From NCBI GenBank assembly GCA_002352345.1, contig DEIG01000009.1:7573-71572 (forward strand): a DNA stretch of 64,000 bases. The letters run 5' to 3'. The notes beneath the pieces are model-generated. The model worked only from the letters and a program-made list of their open reading frames with translations, made no database searches and was not told where the DNA came from. The first letter of the stretch is position 1, and the number at the start of each line of letters is the position of its first letter. Both the position numbers and the translations under genes were made by a program. This document shows, in pieces, positions 47,163 through 57,874 of the stretch. This DNA is from Methylococcaceae bacterium UBA2780. Its GTDB lineage: Bacteria; Pseudomonadota; Gammaproteobacteria; Methylococcales; UBA2780.

Positions 47163-48284
47163 TTAAAGCCGGCTAATAATCTGTTTAAATTCCCGCAAAA
47201 ACGTATCGATATCATTTTCACTATTATCTCGGCCTAGGCTCACACGTATCGCACTACGTGCCAGCTCTCGCTCTACGCCCATAGACAGTAGAACATGGCT
47301 AGGCTCTTTACCCCCACTCGAACAGGCCGAGCCACTCGAAACCTCAATCCCTTTTCGGTCCAATTGCATCAAGAGCATTTCGCCATCAACACCTTCAACA
47401 CCTAATTGCAGCGTATTGGGCAACCGCTTTGCTTGATCAGCAAACACCACCACCCTTGCCATCCCAGAGAGCCCCTTTTCCAACTTAGAACGCAACCTCT
47501 CTGCATCTTTAGCTCTTTGACTCCGCTCCTGCATAGCAAGTTCAGCCGCCTTTCCAAAACCAACAATTGCTGCAACGTTTTCCGTACCGGAGCGATCACC
47601 TTTTTCTTGCCCACCACCATGAAATAGAGGCTCCAACTCAATCGAGCGATCAACCACAAGCGCACCAACCCCTTTGGGACCGTACATTTTATGTGCCGAC
47701 AACGACATCATCTGAACACCACTTTGCGGGAAATTAATGGGCAACTTCCCTGCAACCTGAACCGCATCACTATGAAAAGTAATTCCACGATTTTTTGCCC
47801 AAGCGGCAAGCGCCGCAATATCCTGCACGACCCCTGTCTCATTACTGGCCATCATGACTGACATCAGTCGCGTCTTATCACTTACCACAGACGACAACCT
47901 GTCTATATCAATCAATCCATTTCCATCAACGGGAATCCGTCCAAGCCCCCACCCCGATTTCTCCAGCGATTCTGCTGGAGACAGCACAGAGTCGTGCTCA
48001 GTCGCACCGACCAAAAGTTCCGCACAACAGGGCTTATTCCAACAAAAACCCTTGAGGGCAAGATTATTTGCCTCGGTTCCACCACTTGTGAAAATAACCT
48101 GCGCAGGCTGCGCACCAACCAAAGAGGCCACCTGAATACGTGCCGCCTCAACAGCACTGCGAGCCAAACGGCCGGAACGATACAAGGTTGAAGGGTTCCC
48201 GTAATGACTCACCAAATAAGGCATCATTGCCTCAAGAACTCGGCTATCTATTGGAGTTGTTGCATTATGATCTAGGTAGATCAT
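47163..48284 (-). CDS. cysteine desulfurase (class I, NifS/IscS-like, short form)
   Basis: IYLDHNATTP, SLSAHKMYGPKG (PLP Lys), SSGSACSSG active-site loop. It is 373 aa, about 30 aa shorter than the typical IscS. Confidence 0.88.
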   Translation of the reverse strand: MIYLDHNATTPIDSRVLEAMMPYLVSHYGNPSTLYRSGRLARSAVEAARIQVASLVGAQPAQVIFTSGGTEANNLALKGFCWNKPCCAELLVGATEHDSVLSPAESLEKSGWGLGRIPVDGNGLIDIDRLSSVVSDKTRLMSVMMASNETGVVQDIAALAAWAKNRGITFHSDAVQVAGKLPINFPQSGVQMMSLSAHKMYGPKGVGALVVDRSIELEPLFHGGGQEKGDRSGTENVAAIVGFGKAAELAMQERSQRAKDAERLRSKLEKGLSGMARVVVFADQAKRLPNTLQLGVEGVDGEMLLMQLDRKGIEVSSGSACSSGGKEPSHVLLSMGVERELARSAIRVSLGRDNSENDIDTFLREFKQIISRL

Positions 48285-48341
48285 CGGTTAACAGGTGCAA
48301 GTTGAATACAATAATTTACGATAGGTACAAATCAGGAGCAC

Positions 48342-48818
48342 CTATATCCTCATATACAAATCCAGCTTCACATCCTGCTCTGCCTTTTTATCTTGGCGCT
48401 CTACAACTTCCTGAAATTCTTTTTTCTCCATCAAATCACTCAAACTGATCTGCTGAAGGTAGTCTTTAATGTGCTGACTCAAACCCATCCACAAATGGTG
48501 CGTTAAACAGGGCAGATCATCTTGACAGTCACCTTTGCCCCCACAGTTTGTTGAATCAATGACCTCATCAACTGCGACAACAATATCGGCAATGCTAATA
48601 GCATCCAAACCCTTCTTTAATCGATAACCGCCACCTGGACCACGAACACCCACAACCAACCCAGCTTTACGCAGTCGCGCAAACAGCTGCTCAAGATATG
48701 AAAGAGAAATGCTTTGACGCCCTGATATTTCAGTTAGAGTGACAGGCCCCTTCTCATAATGAAACGCCAGATCCAACATTGCTGTGACGGCGTAGCGCCC
48801 TTTCGTGGTTAACCGCAT
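48342..48818 (-). CDS. iscR: Rrf2 family transcriptional regulator IscR
   Basis: MRLTTKGRYAVTAMLDLA..., three Cys (C..GKGDC...C) for a [2Fe-2S] cluster. The start was trimmed to the ATG at 48818. Confidence 0.88.
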   Translation of the reverse strand: MRLTTKGRYAVTAMLDLAFHYEKGPVTLTEISGRQSISLSYLEQLFARLRKAGLVVGVRGPGGGYRLKKGLDAISIADIVVAVDEVIDSTNCGGKGDCQDDLPCLTHHLWMGLSQHIKDYLQQISLSDLMEKKEFQEVVERQDKKAEQDVKLDLYMRI

Positions 48819-48896
48819 AGTAATTACCCTTATTAAGCTAAGGGGATCATGATACATAACCTAGTATTTTAGTCAACTAATCATGATTTCAATAAT

Positions 48897-49688
48897 CTAG
48901 CTCCCTTTTTTCTCCGTACCCACCACCGCCTCTGTCTCAACGCCTAAATCAATTTCACAATCTTCCAGTTCTGAAATCGGCTGCTCTTTAACTTTATAAC
49001 CAGCATCGTGCAGCATTTCTTTCATTGACTCCATCTGCCGATCCATCCCATGAATATGGTCAAGCATCTTATTAATTGCATTGGCAACCGGATCAGGCAT
49101 ATCCCGAGTTGAACCATAGGCATCAAAGCCCATTTTTGATGCAATCGCTTCTCTATCCGGTTTTTTTGCATCTTGATTAACAGCAACAATGCGCCCAGGA
49201 ATTCCGACAACCGTTGCACCTTCAGGAACAGGATTAACCACCACTGCATTTGAGCCAATTCGAGCGTTATCTCCAATTGCTATCGGACCAAGCACTTTGG
49301 CGCCTGCCCCCACAACCACTCCCTGTCCTAAAGTTGGATGCCTTTTTCCCTTATCCCAGCTTGTCCCGCCCAACGTTACCCCATGATAAAGCGTACAGCC
49401 ATTGCCAATTATTGCTGTCTCACCAATCACAACACCCATTCCATGATCAATAAAGAAGCACCGCCCAATCTGTGCACCAGGGTGAATCTCAATACCTGTC
49501 ATCCAGCGACCAAAATGCGAAAGCAATCTGGCAAGCAGCTTAAAACCGCCAACCCAAAGCCGATGACTCACTCGATGCAGCATAATTGCATGAAACCCAG
49601 GATAAGCTGTCACAACCTCCAGAGCTGTACGTGCAGCGGGGTCTCGATCAAATACACAGTCAATCTCTTCTTTTATCCGAGCAAACAT
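48897..49688 (-). CDS. cysE: serine O-acetyltransferase
   Basis: [20 protein letters not shown], hexapeptide repeats ([24 protein letters not shown]). Confidence 0.92.
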   Translation of the reverse strand: MFARIKEEIDCVFDRDPAARTALEVVTAYPGFHAIMLHRVSHRLWVGGFKLLARLLSHFGRWMTGIEIHPGAQIGRCFFIDHGMGVVIGETAIIGNGCTLYHGVTLGGTSWDKGKRHPTLGQGVVVGAGAKVLGPIAIGDNARIGSNAVVVNPVPEGATVVGIPGRIVAVNQDAKKPDREAIASKMGFDAYGSTRDMPDPVANAINKMLDHIHGMDRQMESMKEMLHDAGYKVKEQPISELEDCEIDLGVETEAVVGTEKKGS

Positions 49689-49689
49689 T

Positions 49690-50433
49690 CTAGCTGCCGC
49701 TCCGGTTTCTTTCCTTCTTCTCTCTCATCATGCTAAATATACCTCTAAGAATATCGACCTCTTTCTTTTCAAGCCGCACCCTATTATACAAACGTCTCAT
49801 TCGACGCATTAAAGAACGCGATCTTTCTGGTTGCGTAAATCCAATATCATACAAAGTCTGCTCAAGATGACCATAAAAAGCCTCTACCTCATTGGCCGTT
49901 GAGAGCCGGTCTTCAGACTTCTTCGCTGTTTTAACCACCTCATCATCGCCCATTAGAGCCATCCTTAACTCATAAGTAACAACCTGTACCGCGGCACCTA
50001 AATTAAGAGAGCTAAAATCAGGGTTGCAAGGGATATGCAAAAGGTAATGACAACGATCTAGCTCTTCATTCGTAAGCCCTGAATTTTCTCGACCAAACAA
50101 TATAGCAACCTTAGACTCCCGTGACTCTTCAGCCGCTAACAGCGCTCCATCATGGCTGGACAATTCGGGCCAATCAATTGTCCTCCTACGGGCACTTGCA
50201 CCCATGACTAGATCACAACCAACCAAAGCCTCATCTAAAGTATCGCAAACAACCGCACCGCTCAAAACATCATCTGCTCCAGACGCTCTAGAAGTGGCAT
50301 CTGCAGAAGGAAACAGCTTAGGTGAGACAAGCCTTAAATCATGCAGCCCCATATTTTTCATGGCCCTGGCCACCGCGCCAATATTGCCCGGGTGTGTTGT
50401 CTCAGCAAGGATAATTCGGATATTTGAAAGCAA
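49690..50433 (-). CDS. trmJ: tRNA (cytidine/uridine-2'-O)-methyltransferase TrmJ (SpoU family)
   Basis: [26 protein letters not shown]..., [18 protein letters not shown] knot motifs. Confidence 0.88.
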   Translation of the reverse strand: MLSNIRIILAETTHPGNIGAVARAMKNMGLHDLRLVSPKLFPSADATSRASGADDVLSGAVVCDTLDEALVGCDLVMGASARRRTIDWPELSSHDGALLAAEESRESKVAILFGRENSGLTNEELDRCHYLLHIPCNPDFSSLNLGAAVQVVTYELRMALMGDDEVVKTAKKSEDRLSTANEVEAFYGHLEQTLYDIGFTQPERSRSLMRRMRRLYNRVRLEKKEVDILRGIFSMMREKKERNRSGS

Positions 50434-50718
50434 AACAGCTCCTCTTAAAACCAGGCAACGCTTTCACCACTTGAGCATCACCTTCACTAAAATAAAAAGG
50501 TATTCTCCACCCTTAGGGGTTAAGCGTCCAATATTCTTTGCTCACCCAGCAAGAAATTATTTACTAGAAAATAGCCATCCTATTGACAAGCTTGCCCCAA
50601 GTTAATTTGATTCTAGGCATGTTATAAAAGACTATGTTATGAAACTCTAATTTATGGCAGACTACCAGCTTAAATATTTAAATATAAACTTATAATTTTT
50701 ATTGTTGAGGAGACTTTA

Positions 50719-51210
50719 ATGAACACTACCACTTATATGGTTATGGTTGGCTTGCCCGTAGGGTTGGTTCTCATGATTTTGTATATGATCTACAGCAATA
50801 GAGGCGCCGGCGCCGTTCGAAAGTCACTTGCCAGCATCTTGCCAATCTATGAACCTGACTTACAAGCTGGCGAATACAACCGCGCCGCGCGCACAATCCT
50901 TAGCAATACAGACCATATTAGTGATGACGTAGAAAAGGCTATTTACTACGTCTTGGCTGCTCGAGCATTGGCTGCCGCAGAGGATTATCGCCAAGCTTTA
51001 TTTAGCATCGAAATTGCAATGCCCGGCTTCCCAAAGCACCTTCAAGGTAATTATAAAAAGTTTCAGGAATACAAAGATGAGTGCATAGCTTTAGGTGATC
51101 AATGCAGAGAAAAGCTAGATACAGACACCATAAAAGAGACCACTTCTGCAGCTGACAGCCTCAAAAACGGCACTTCAAAAGAGATTGCTGCTTGGTTTGA
51201 TGTTGCCTAA
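50719..51210 (+). CDS. hypothetical membrane-anchored protein
   Basis: GAGGAG SD, one N-terminal TM segment and a helical body. I recognise no family. Confidence 0.55.
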   Translation: MNTTTYMVMVGLPVGLVLMILYMIYSNRGAGAVRKSLASILPIYEPDLQAGEYNRAARTILSNTDHISDDVEKAIYYVLAARALAAAEDYRQALFSIEIAMPGFPKHLQGNYKKFQEYKDECIALGDQCREKLDTDTIKETTSAADSLKNGTSKEIAAWFDVA

Positions 51211-51233
51211 ACAGCACGGCAATCTATCAGTAA

Positions 51234-51266
51234 AACGGGGTTGGCTCAGCCAATCCCGTTTTTTAT
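51234..51266 (+). terminator. rho-independent terminator after the 50719 gene
   Basis: aacggg-g-ttggc tca gccaa-t-cccgtt followed by tttttatt. It overlaps the TTG start proposed by the ORF track for the next gene. Confidence 0.65.
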
Positions 51267-51279
51267 TGCCTGTAAACTA

Positions 51280-51489
51280 GTGACTAACATCTACAGCCCT
51301 CAAGACAACATTGAAGCAAACATTATAAAGGGGCTTCTCGAGGCAAATGGAATAGCTGCATCAATAAATGGCCACTACCTGTCTGGCGCAATAGGAGAGC
51401 TGCCAACAACAGGGCTGATATCAATAAACGTAGAGGAACAGCTAGCAGAAAAAGCCAAACAGATTATTTCTGAGTACGAACAGGCTTAA
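51280..51489 (+). CDS. DUF2007 domain protein (putative signal-transducing protein)
   Basis: VTNIYSPQDNIEANIIKGLLEANGIAASING... matches the DUF2007 pattern. The GTG at 51280 was chosen because 51241 lies inside the terminator hairpin. Start uncertain. Confidence 0.55.
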   Translation: MTNIYSPQDNIEANIIKGLLEANGIAASINGHYLSGAIGELPTTGLISINVEEQLAEKAKQIISEYEQA

Positions 51490-51526
51490 TTTTTTCTCCT
51501 ATGAACCAATACAAATTCCTCGCTAA

Positions 51527-51564
51527 AAACAAAAAGGCTACAGTGATTAAACTGTAGCCTTTTG
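51527..51564. terminator. bidirectional terminator (DUF2007 gene / tRNA-Gln)
   Basis: 9-bp stem ggctacagt/actgtagcc with an A-run upstream and a T-run downstream. Confidence 0.7.
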
Positions 51565-51570
51565 CTATTT

Positions 51571-51644
51571 TGGCTGGGGAACAAGGATTCGAACCTTGGT
51601 TGGCGGAGTCAGAGTCCGCAGTCCTGCCGCTAGACGATTCCCCA
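51571..51644 (-). tRNA. tRNA-Gln (anticodon CUG)
   Basis: Minus strand reads TGGGGAA-TC-GTCTAGCGGCAGGAC-T-GCGGA-CTCTGAC-TCCGC-CAAC-CAAGGTTCGAATCCTTG-TTCCCCA-G-CCA. The U1-A72 acceptor end is typical of bacterial tRNA-Gln. Confidence 0.9.
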
Positions 51645-51675
51645 AATCCCGAAGTAAGCCCTACCCCACAAGAAA

Positions 51676-52068
51676 TTAACGTTTTGAGTACTGAGGACGC
51701 TTTCTCGCTTTGTGCAAACCAATCTTTTTACGTTCAACTTCACGCGAATCACGTGTAACGTAACCTGCTTTTCTTAGTGCTGGACGCAATGTTTCGTCAT
51801 ACTCCATCAGTGCACGTGTAATTCCGTGACGAATCGCACCAGCCTGACCAGACGAACCACCACCTCTAACTGTGACTGAAATATCCAACTTATCAGCCAA
51901 TTCAGTCAAAACAAGCGGTTGCCTAGAGACCATTCTGTCAGTTTCACGACCAAAATAGTTATCAATTTCTAAACTATTTACAACGATCTTGCCGCTACCT
52001 GCTTTTGCAAAAACACGCGCCGTTGAACTTTTACGACGACCTGTTCCGTAATATTGTGTTGCTGCCAT
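51676..52068 (-). CDS. rpsI: 30S ribosomal protein S9
   Basis: [14 protein letters not shown]..., C-terminal ...[11 protein letters not shown]. Confidence 0.97.
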   Translation of the reverse strand: MAATQYYGTGRRKSSTARVFAKAGSGKIVVNSLEIDNYFGRETDRMVSRQPLVLTELADKLDISVTVRGGGSSGQAGAIRHGITRALMEYDETLRPALRKAGYVTRDSREVERKKIGLHKARKRPQYSKR

Positions 52069-52086
52069 AATATTTCCGTCTAATTT

Positions 52087-52515
52087 CTATATATCTAAAA
52101 CTTTAGGCTGCTGAGCTTGATGCGTATGCTCTGGCCCAACAAAAACTTTGAGCTTTTTAAACATCGCTCTGCCCAGAGGATTTCTTGGCAACATACCCTT
52201 TACGGCAGTTTTAATAATCCGATCTGGAAAAGTTTTTCTCAATTTACCCAAGCTAACTGATTTCAAGCTTCCTACATACCCTGTGTGGTGGTAGTAGATT
52301 TTGTCTTGCTCTTTATTACCAGTTACTTTAATTTTCTCTGCATTGACTACAACGATATAATCGCCAGTATCAACATGCGGTGTGTATTCTGCTTTATGTT
52401 TGCCACGCAGGCGCCTTGCTATCTCAGAAGATAATCTACCAAGTGTTTTGCCATCTGCATCGACTACGAACCAGTCACGTGTGACTTCTGCCGGTTTCGC
52501 GCTAAAAGTTTTCAT
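52087..52515 (-). CDS. rplM: 50S ribosomal protein L13
   Basis: [20 protein letters not shown]... The second ATG was used as the start. Confidence 0.97.
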   Translation of the reverse strand: MKTFSAKPAEVTRDWFVVDADGKTLGRLSSEIARRLRGKHKAEYTPHVDTGDYIVVVNAEKIKVTGNKEQDKIYYHHTGYVGSLKSVSLGKLRKTFPDRIIKTAVKGMLPRNPLGRAMFKKLKVFVGPEHTHQAQQPKVLDI

Positions 52516-52606
52516 CAAGTTTGCTCCGAGTTTACGGTCGCGGAAAAGCCGGAAATTATACCTTTTTTTAAGAACTGTTCAACCATTCTTCAAACAATTA
52601 ATCCTT

Positions 52607-53341
52607 TCAGGGCTCTTTTTTTACAAAAAACCTCGAACAGATGAGCCCCATTTCAAACAGCAACCAGACAGGTACGGCCAACAACGTCTGTGAAATAACA
52701 TCTGGGGGAGTCAAGATCATCCCAAAAACAAAGGCCCCTACGATGACGTAAGGTCTTTTTTCGGCTAGACTTTTCTGACTCACTGTACCGCTCCAAACCA
52801 GAACAATCGTTGCAATAGGAATTTCAAAAGAGAGCCCAAAAGCAAAAAAGAGCGTCAAAATAAAATCCAGATATCGACTGATATCAGTCATGATGGCAAC
52901 ACCTTCCGGGGCTGTCGCCGTCAGAAAACCGAAGGCCAATGGGAACACCACGTAATATGCAAATGCCATCCCAACATAAAAGAGAGCGCTGCTTGCGACC
53001 AGAAGTGGAAAAACCAGCCGCCTTTCATGATGATATAAAGCTGGTGCAATAAAGGCCCATGCCTGAAATAAAATCCAAGGCATTGAGAGAAAAATGGCTA
53101 ATACCATTGTTAACTTGAAGGGCGCCAAAAAAGGGGAGGCAACCTCAATAGCTATCATCGTACTCCCTTCAGGGAGGTGCACGGTCAGCGGCCCAGATAG
53201 ATAGCTATAAATTTCATTGGCAAACGGAAAGAGCAGCAAAAAGATAACCAGCACACCCATCACAACCTTCAGCAGCCGATCTCGCAACTCAACTAGATGC
53301 GAAAGAAATGGCTGCTCCGCTAACGCCTCTCGCTCACTCAT
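52607..53341 (-). CDS. tatC: twin-arginine translocase subunit TatC
   Basis: [15 protein letters not shown]..., 6 TM segments. Confidence 0.94.
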   Translation of the reverse strand: MSEREALAEQPFLSHLVELRDRLLKVVMGVLVIFLLLFPFANEIYSYLSGPLTVHLPEGSTMIAIEVASPFLAPFKLTMVLAIFLSMPWILFQAWAFIAPALYHHERRLVFPLLVASSALFYVGMAFAYYVVFPLAFGFLTATAPEGVAIMTDISRYLDFILTLFFAFGLSFEIPIATIVLVWSGTVSQKSLAEKRPYVIVGAFVFGMILTPPDVISQTLLAVPVWLLFEMGLICSRFFVKKEP

Positions 53342-53676
53342 GTTTTCGTTGTAGATCCGTCTTCTTTTGCTTCATCCAAAGCCCCCAGCTCCTCTCCAGC
53401 CTCTTTAACTACGTCGGATGCTTTTTTCACTTCAGCATTAAATTCTTTAGATATTTGAGAAACCCCTTCCAAAGGGTTCTCTTTTAATACTGCCTGCTTT
53501 ACCTCTTCAATTTGTAGCTCTTTATCTAGCTCCTGCTTGACTGTCGACACATAACCGCGTGCCTTTCCAAGCCAAAAGCCGCCCACGCGCGCCACCTTAG
53601 GCAAGCGTTCTGGCCCAATAACTAACAGAGCGACAACACCAATCATTGCCAACTCCCAAAAACCGATATCAAACAT
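53338..53676 (-). CDS. tatB: twin-arginine translocase subunit TatB
   Basis: [26 protein letters not shown]... Confidence 0.9.
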   Translation of the reverse strand: MFDIGFWELAMIGVVALLVIGPERLPKVARVGGFWLGKARGYVSTVKQELDKELQIEEVKQAVLKENPLEGVSQISKEFNAEVKKASDVVKEAGEELGALDEAKEDGSTTKT

Positions 53677-53694
53677 TTTTCAGACTCTAGATAG

Positions 53695-53925
53695 CTAGCT
53701 CTTTTCTTTTTCCTTATCGGTCACCTCACCATCTATCACTTTATCTGAGCCGTTTTCGAGCGGATCGGTGCTAGAGGAAGTGGTTTCCTCTCCCTCTTTC
53801 ATTGCACTTTTAAAGCCTTTGATCGTTGCCCCTAGATCTCCGCCTAAATTGCGCAACCGCTTTGTACCAAACAACAACAAAACAATGACCAAAACAATCA
53901 ATAACTGCCAAATGCTAATACCCAT
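53695..53925 (-). CDS. tatA: twin-arginine translocase subunit TatA
   Basis: [32 protein letters not shown]... Confidence 0.93.
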   Translation of the reverse strand: MGISIWQLLIVLVIVLLLFGTKRLRNLGGDLGATIKGFKSAMKEGEETTSSSTDPLENGSDKVIDGEVTDKEKEKS

Positions 53926-53979
53926 TCTCTTTTCCCCTATAATCCACCGACTTAAGTCGCCGCTTTTCTAGTTAAAATT

Positions 53980-54294
53980 CTATTTTCGACTGGCCTTTTC
54001 TTCGAGACCAGACAACCCAAAGCGACGGCTCAACTCATTCAGCACATCTTCAGGCCCTAAATTATTATGCGCGAGAAGCACCATGCTATGAAACCAGAGA
54101 TCCGCCGTTTCATAGACTATCTGCTCCTTGTCACCACCTTTTCCAGCAATAATTGTTTCAGCCGCCTCTTCACCCACCTTTTTAAGGATAGTATCTGTTC
54201 CCTTATTATAAAGGGATGCAACATATGAGCTATCAGGGCTCTCTTTCTTACGCTGCTCCAACACCTCAGCCAACGCCTTAAGAACATCACTCAT
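53980..54294 (-). CDS. hisE: phosphoribosyl-ATP pyrophosphatase
   Basis: [25 protein letters not shown]...[13 protein letters not shown]. The ATG at 54294 overlaps the hisI stop by 8 nt. Confidence 0.92.
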   Translation of the reverse strand: MSDVLKALAEVLEQRKKESPDSSYVASLYNKGTDTILKKVGEEAAETIIAGKGGDKEQIVYETADLWFHSMVLLAHNNLGPEDVLNELSRRFGLSGLEEKASRK

Positions 54295-54691
54295 CTGTAC
54301 TGCTCCTATAAATCTCACCAGGATCTTTCAAAACAGGATCAGCAACTACCCACTGACCATCTTTAAAGCGCCTAAAAAAACAGTTATGCCGGCCTGTATG
54401 GCAAGCAATCCCACCAGCTTGCTCAACCAACATTAAGACAACATCCGCATCACAATCCAAGCGAAGCTCAAGTACTTTTTGCCGGTGCCCAGACTCCTCA
54501 CCTTTTTTCCATAGTTTCTGGCGAGAACGAGACCAATACGTCGCATAACCCTCCTCAGCAGTCAGCAATAATGATTCCTTATTCATCCAGGCGACCATTA
54601 ACACTTTACCGCTTGATGCCTCTTGAGCAATCGCCGGCACCAAGCCTTTCTCATCCCACTTTATCTCTTCTAGCCAAAGATCATCACTCAC
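54287..54691 (-). CDS. hisI: phosphoribosyl-AMP cyclohydrolase
   Basis: GLVPAIAQE...MVAWMN..., CDADVVL...GIACHTG. Confidence 0.93.
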   Translation of the reverse strand: MSDDLWLEEIKWDEKGLVPAIAQEASSGKVLMVAWMNKESLLLTAEEGYATYWSRSRQKLWKKGEESGHRQKVLELRLDCDADVVLMLVEQAGGIACHTGRHNCFFRRFKDGQWVVADPVLKDPGEIYRSSTDE

Positions 54692-55461
54692 AAGCGAACC
54701 TCAATTCCTTTATCTCGCATCGCCTGTTTTGCTTCACCGACGGTATATTCTGCAAAATGGAAAATACTCGCTGCCAACACCGCATCAGCCTTTCCTTCTA
54801 GGACGCCCGCAGAAAGGTGATCAAGATCGCCGACACCACCTGACGCAATCACCGGCACATCCACCGCTTCGCTGATTGCTCGCGTTAACGGCAAGTCAAA
54901 CCCTTCTCGAGTTCCGTCTCGATCCATACTTGTTAGTAGAATCTCACCCGCACCATAATCGACCATTTTTCTCGCCCATTGGATTGCATCCAGCCCAGTT
55001 GGCTCACGCCCGCCATGAGTGAAGATTTCCCATTTAAGCGGCTCCCCTTCTCCACTTACCTTCTTTGCATCAATCGCAACAACGATACATTGCGATCCAA
55101 ATTTATCCGCAGCCTCTTTAACAAATTCTGGATTAAAAACAGCAGCGGTATTAATACCTACCTTATCTGCACCCGCATTGAGCATGCGCCGAATATCTTC
55201 CAACTTACGAATTCCACCACCAACGGTCAGTGGAATAAAAACCTCTCCAGCGACCTGTTCAACCATATGAACAATCGTATCCCTATTGTCAGAACTGGCT
55301 GTGATGTCGAGAAAGGTAATCTCATCGGCGCCTTCAAAATCATAACGTCGAGCCACCTCTACAGGATCACCTGCATCCCGAATATTGACAAACTTGACCC
55401 CCTTCACAACGCGGCCATTATCAACATCCAGACAGGGGATAATTCGTTTCGCCAGTGCCAT
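54688..55461 (-). CDS. hisF: imidazole glycerol phosphate synthase cyclase subunit
   Basis: [10 protein letters not shown]..., GADKV..NTAA, VIASGG. Confidence 0.96.
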   Translation of the reverse strand: MALAKRIIPCLDVDNGRVVKGVKFVNIRDAGDPVEVARRYDFEGADEITFLDITASSDNRDTIVHMVEQVAGEVFIPLTVGGGIRKLEDIRRMLNAGADKVGINTAAVFNPEFVKEAADKFGSQCIVVAIDAKKVSGEGEPLKWEIFTHGGREPTGLDAIQWARKMVDYGAGEILLTSMDRDGTREGFDLPLTRAISEAVDVPVIASGGVGDLDHLSAGVLEGKADAVLAASIFHFAEYTVGEAKQAMRDKGIEVRL

Positions 55462-55465
55462 GAGC

Positions 55466-56203
55466 CTATTTCCCGTAAGAGAGTGCTATTTTCTCTGCCG
55501 CTTCAAAGTCGAGCGTTCCTTCATAAATGGCGCGGCCTGTTATTGCCCCCATAATCCCGCTATCGGCCACTTTTCCAAGCCCATGAATGTCGTCCATATT
55601 GGTAATACCCCCAGAAGCAACAACCGGAATATTGATTGACTCAGCCAATCTGACTGTCGCCTCAATATTGACTCCACTCATCATTCCATCACGGCTAATA
55701 TCGGTATAGACAATCGCCTCAACACCGTCAGATTCAAATTGTTGTGCAAGGTCAACCACATTATGACTCGATATGTTTGCCCAACCATCGGTTGCCACCA
55801 TGCCATCCTTTGCATCTAATCCGACAATAATATGGCCCGGAAACTCTGCAGCCGCCTCTCCAACAAAACTGGGATCACTCACCGCTTTACTTCCAATAAT
55901 CACGTACTGAACGCCCGCATCAAGATAGGCAGCGATGGTCTCTTTATCACGAATCCCACCACCAATCTGAACAGGTGTGTTGGGATAAGCTGTCGTGATA
56001 GCCTTAATTACTTCATGATTGACCGGCTTACCGGCAAAGGCACCATCCAAATCAACAAGATGGATACGCCTTGCGCCTGCAGCAACCCATTTACCGGCAA
56101 CCGCAACAGGATCGTCAGAAAAAACAGTATCGTCCTCCATTCTTCCCTGACGAAGACGAACACACTGACCTTCTTTTAGATCTATGGCTGGTATTAACAG
56201 CAT
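55466..56203 (-). CDS. hisA: 1-(5-phosphoribosyl)-5-[(5-phosphoribosylamino)methylideneamino]imidazole-4-carboxamide isomerase
   Basis: [17 protein letters not shown]..., [14 protein letters not shown]. Confidence 0.96.
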   Translation of the reverse strand: MLLIPAIDLKEGQCVRLRQGRMEDDTVFSDDPVAVAGKWVAAGARRIHLVDLDGAFAGKPVNHEVIKAITTAYPNTPVQIGGGIRDKETIAAYLDAGVQYVIIGSKAVSDPSFVGEAAAEFPGHIIVGLDAKDGMVATDGWANISSHNVVDLAQQFESDGVEAIVYTDISRDGMMSGVNIEATVRLAESINIPVVASGGITNMDDIHGLGKVADSGIMGAITGRAIYEGTLDFEAAEKIALSYGK

Positions 56204-56220
56204 AAAAAAACCTCTATTAA

Positions 56221-56871
56221 CTATTTAGTAACGATGCCGTCCCAACCCAAAAAATTCTCCAACAACTGCAATCCCGCTGTCTGGCTTTTTTCAGGGTGAA
56301 ATTGAGCGGCAAAAATATTCTTATGGCTCAGCGCGCAGCTGAATGATTCAGGATATGCGGTTACCGCAGCGCTATTTTCAGCATTCTTCGGCACAGCATA
56401 GTAGCTATGCACAAAGTAAAAGCGCGCCTCTTGAGGTATATCCTTCCAGAGTGGGTGGTTAACCGTTTGGTGAACGTTATTCCAACCCATATGTGGAACT
56501 TTTAGCTTTTCTCCAGCCCCATCCACAAGCCCTTTCTCGAAATGCTTAACTTTGCCCGGAATAAGCCCTAAACAGCGCACCCCGCCACCCTCTTCGCTTT
56601 CATCGAGTAGCGCTTGCATTCCGAGGCAAACCCCCAAAAAAGGGCGGTCTTTCGCAACAGTTTTGATTACATCAACAAGAGAGGACTTTTCAAGCGCCTC
56701 CATACAATCTTTAATTGCACCAACACCCGGAAATACGACCCTATCCGCACGAGCAATCTCATCAGGGCAAGAGGTTATAATCACTTTAGAACCTTGGGCC
56801 ACATGCTCAAGTGCTTTTGAGATTGAGTGAAGATTACCCATCCCATAGTCAATAACGGCTACTGAAGTCAT
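56221..56871 (-). CDS. hisH: imidazole glycerol phosphate synthase glutaminase subunit
   Basis: [26 protein letters not shown]. Confidence 0.96.
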   Translation of the reverse strand: MTSVAVIDYGMGNLHSISKALEHVAQGSKVIITSCPDEIARADRVVFPGVGAIKDCMEALEKSSLVDVIKTVAKDRPFLGVCLGMQALLDESEEGGGVRCLGLIPGKVKHFEKGLVDGAGEKLKVPHMGWNNVHQTVNHPLWKDIPQEARFYFVHSYYAVPKNAENSAAVTAYPESFSCALSHKNIFAAQFHPEKSQTAGLQLLENFLGWDGIVTK

Positions 56872-56894
56872 TACCTTATCCGGCTGTTTAGATT

Positions 56895-57488
56895 TTAAAG
56901 AGTGCCTTTTGTGGAGGGCATAATACCCTGCATTGCAGCGTCAGGTGCCGCAGCCACTCTTAACGCCCGACCAAATGCCTTAAAAATAGTCTCTGCAACG
57001 TGATGCGCATTCACACCTTTCAAATTATCGATGTGAATAGTTGCTTTGGCGTGATTAACAAACCCCTGAAAGAATTCCCTGAACAGATCGACATCAAATG
57101 AGCCTATTTGACCGCGCGGAAAAATCACGTTGTATTCAAGCCCAGGCCGCCCCGAAAAATCGATGACAACACGAGACAAGGCCTCATCAAGTGGGACATA
57201 AGCATGACCATAACGCGTCAACCCTTTCTTATCTGCTAGTGCTTCTGAGAAGGCCTGCCCAAGAGCGATACCAATATCTTCTACTGTATGATGATCATCA
57301 ATCTCTAAATCACCCTTAGCAGTCACCTCTAAATCAATCATCCCATGGCGAGCGATCTGATCCATCATGTGATCCAAGAATGGAACTCCGGTTTGAAAAG
57401 ATGATTGACCCGTTCCATCAAGGTTAATACGCACTGTTATCTGAGTTTCTAGCGTATTTCTAACAATCTCTGCGCTTCGTCCAGCCAT
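56895..57488 (-). CDS. hisB: imidazoleglycerol-phosphate dehydratase
   Basis: VRNTLETQI..., [31 protein letters not shown]. The ATG at 57488 is preferred over the track GTG at 57500. Start uncertain. Confidence 0.93.
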   Translation of the reverse strand: MAGRSAEIVRNTLETQITVRINLDGTGQSSFQTGVPFLDHMMDQIARHGMIDLEVTAKGDLEIDDHHTVEDIGIALGQAFSEALADKKGLTRYGHAYVPLDEALSRVVIDFSGRPGLEYNVIFPRGQIGSFDVDLFREFFQGFVNHAKATIHIDNLKGVNAHHVAETIFKAFGRALRVAAAPDAAMQGIMPSTKGTL

Positions 57489-57600
57489 TTGAATATTCAC
57501 TTAAAGTGTTTAAAAGCAGAATGATAAAGATTTTTGCCCCTGTTTGCACGAATTGAGCTGAATTGACGGCGAAGGTAAAAGCAGTGCCTTCGCCAGAATA

Positions 57601-57618
57601 TGTAGGCGCGCACCTACA
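57601..57618 (+). promoter_or_regulatory. GacA/UvrY-box-like upstream activating palindrome
   Basis: TGTAGG-cgcgca-CCTACA is a perfect 6+6 palindrome with an N6 spacer, and matches the Pseudomonas GacA box TGTAAG-N6-CTTACA at 10/12 positions. TAGAAT -10 at 57662-57667. No -35-like hexamer. Confidence 0.55.
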
Positions 57619-57673
57619 CGCATTGCAGCAGCAACCGACTACCCTGTTTTTCCCAAGGACGTAGAATTATCAA

Positions 57674-57799
57674 CGTCGTCACAGGATAAGGATTTCAAAG
57701 GACCATTCAACAGGACGTTGCCAAGGAAGGAACCATTTAGACCAACCAAGCAAAAGACGACCTTAACCCTGATAAATAAGAATTTATCAGGGTTTTTTT
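57674..57799 (+). ncRNA. Csr/Rsm-family (RsmY/RsmZ/CsrB-like) small RNA candidate
   Basis: About 125 nt and ORF-free. Six AGGA motifs start at 57683, 57689, 57699, 57712, 57724 and 57728. It ends in a 13-bp hairpin (57765-57777 / 57782-57794) plus T7. A GacA-like box is centred about 65 nt upstream of the inferred TSS. The 5' end is approximate. Confidence 0.6.
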
Positions 57800-57818
57800 A
57801 TGCATAAAATCTCAACAT

Positions 57819-57848
57819 AAAAAAAGGGCTAACCAACAGATCAGCCCC
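57819..57848 (-). terminator. rho-independent terminator after typA
   Basis: Minus strand reads ggggct-ga-tctgttgg-tt-agccc followed by T7. The stem is short, with 5 GC-rich bp plus a bulged extension. Confidence 0.5.
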
Positions 57849-57874
57849 TTTCAATTCACGCCGCCAATATAAAC

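Noticed and set aside
57501-57874. his operon attenuator/leader, 6S RNA, SRP RNA or RNase P RNA in the hisB-typA spacer
   Set aside because: There is no His-codon run or leader peptide on the minus strand. There is no GAGGAAAGUCC (RNase P), no GGUCCGGAAGGAAGCAGCC-like SRP core and no 6S-type end complementarity. The plus-strand GacA box, AGGA repeats and terminator fit a Csr/Rsm sRNA better.
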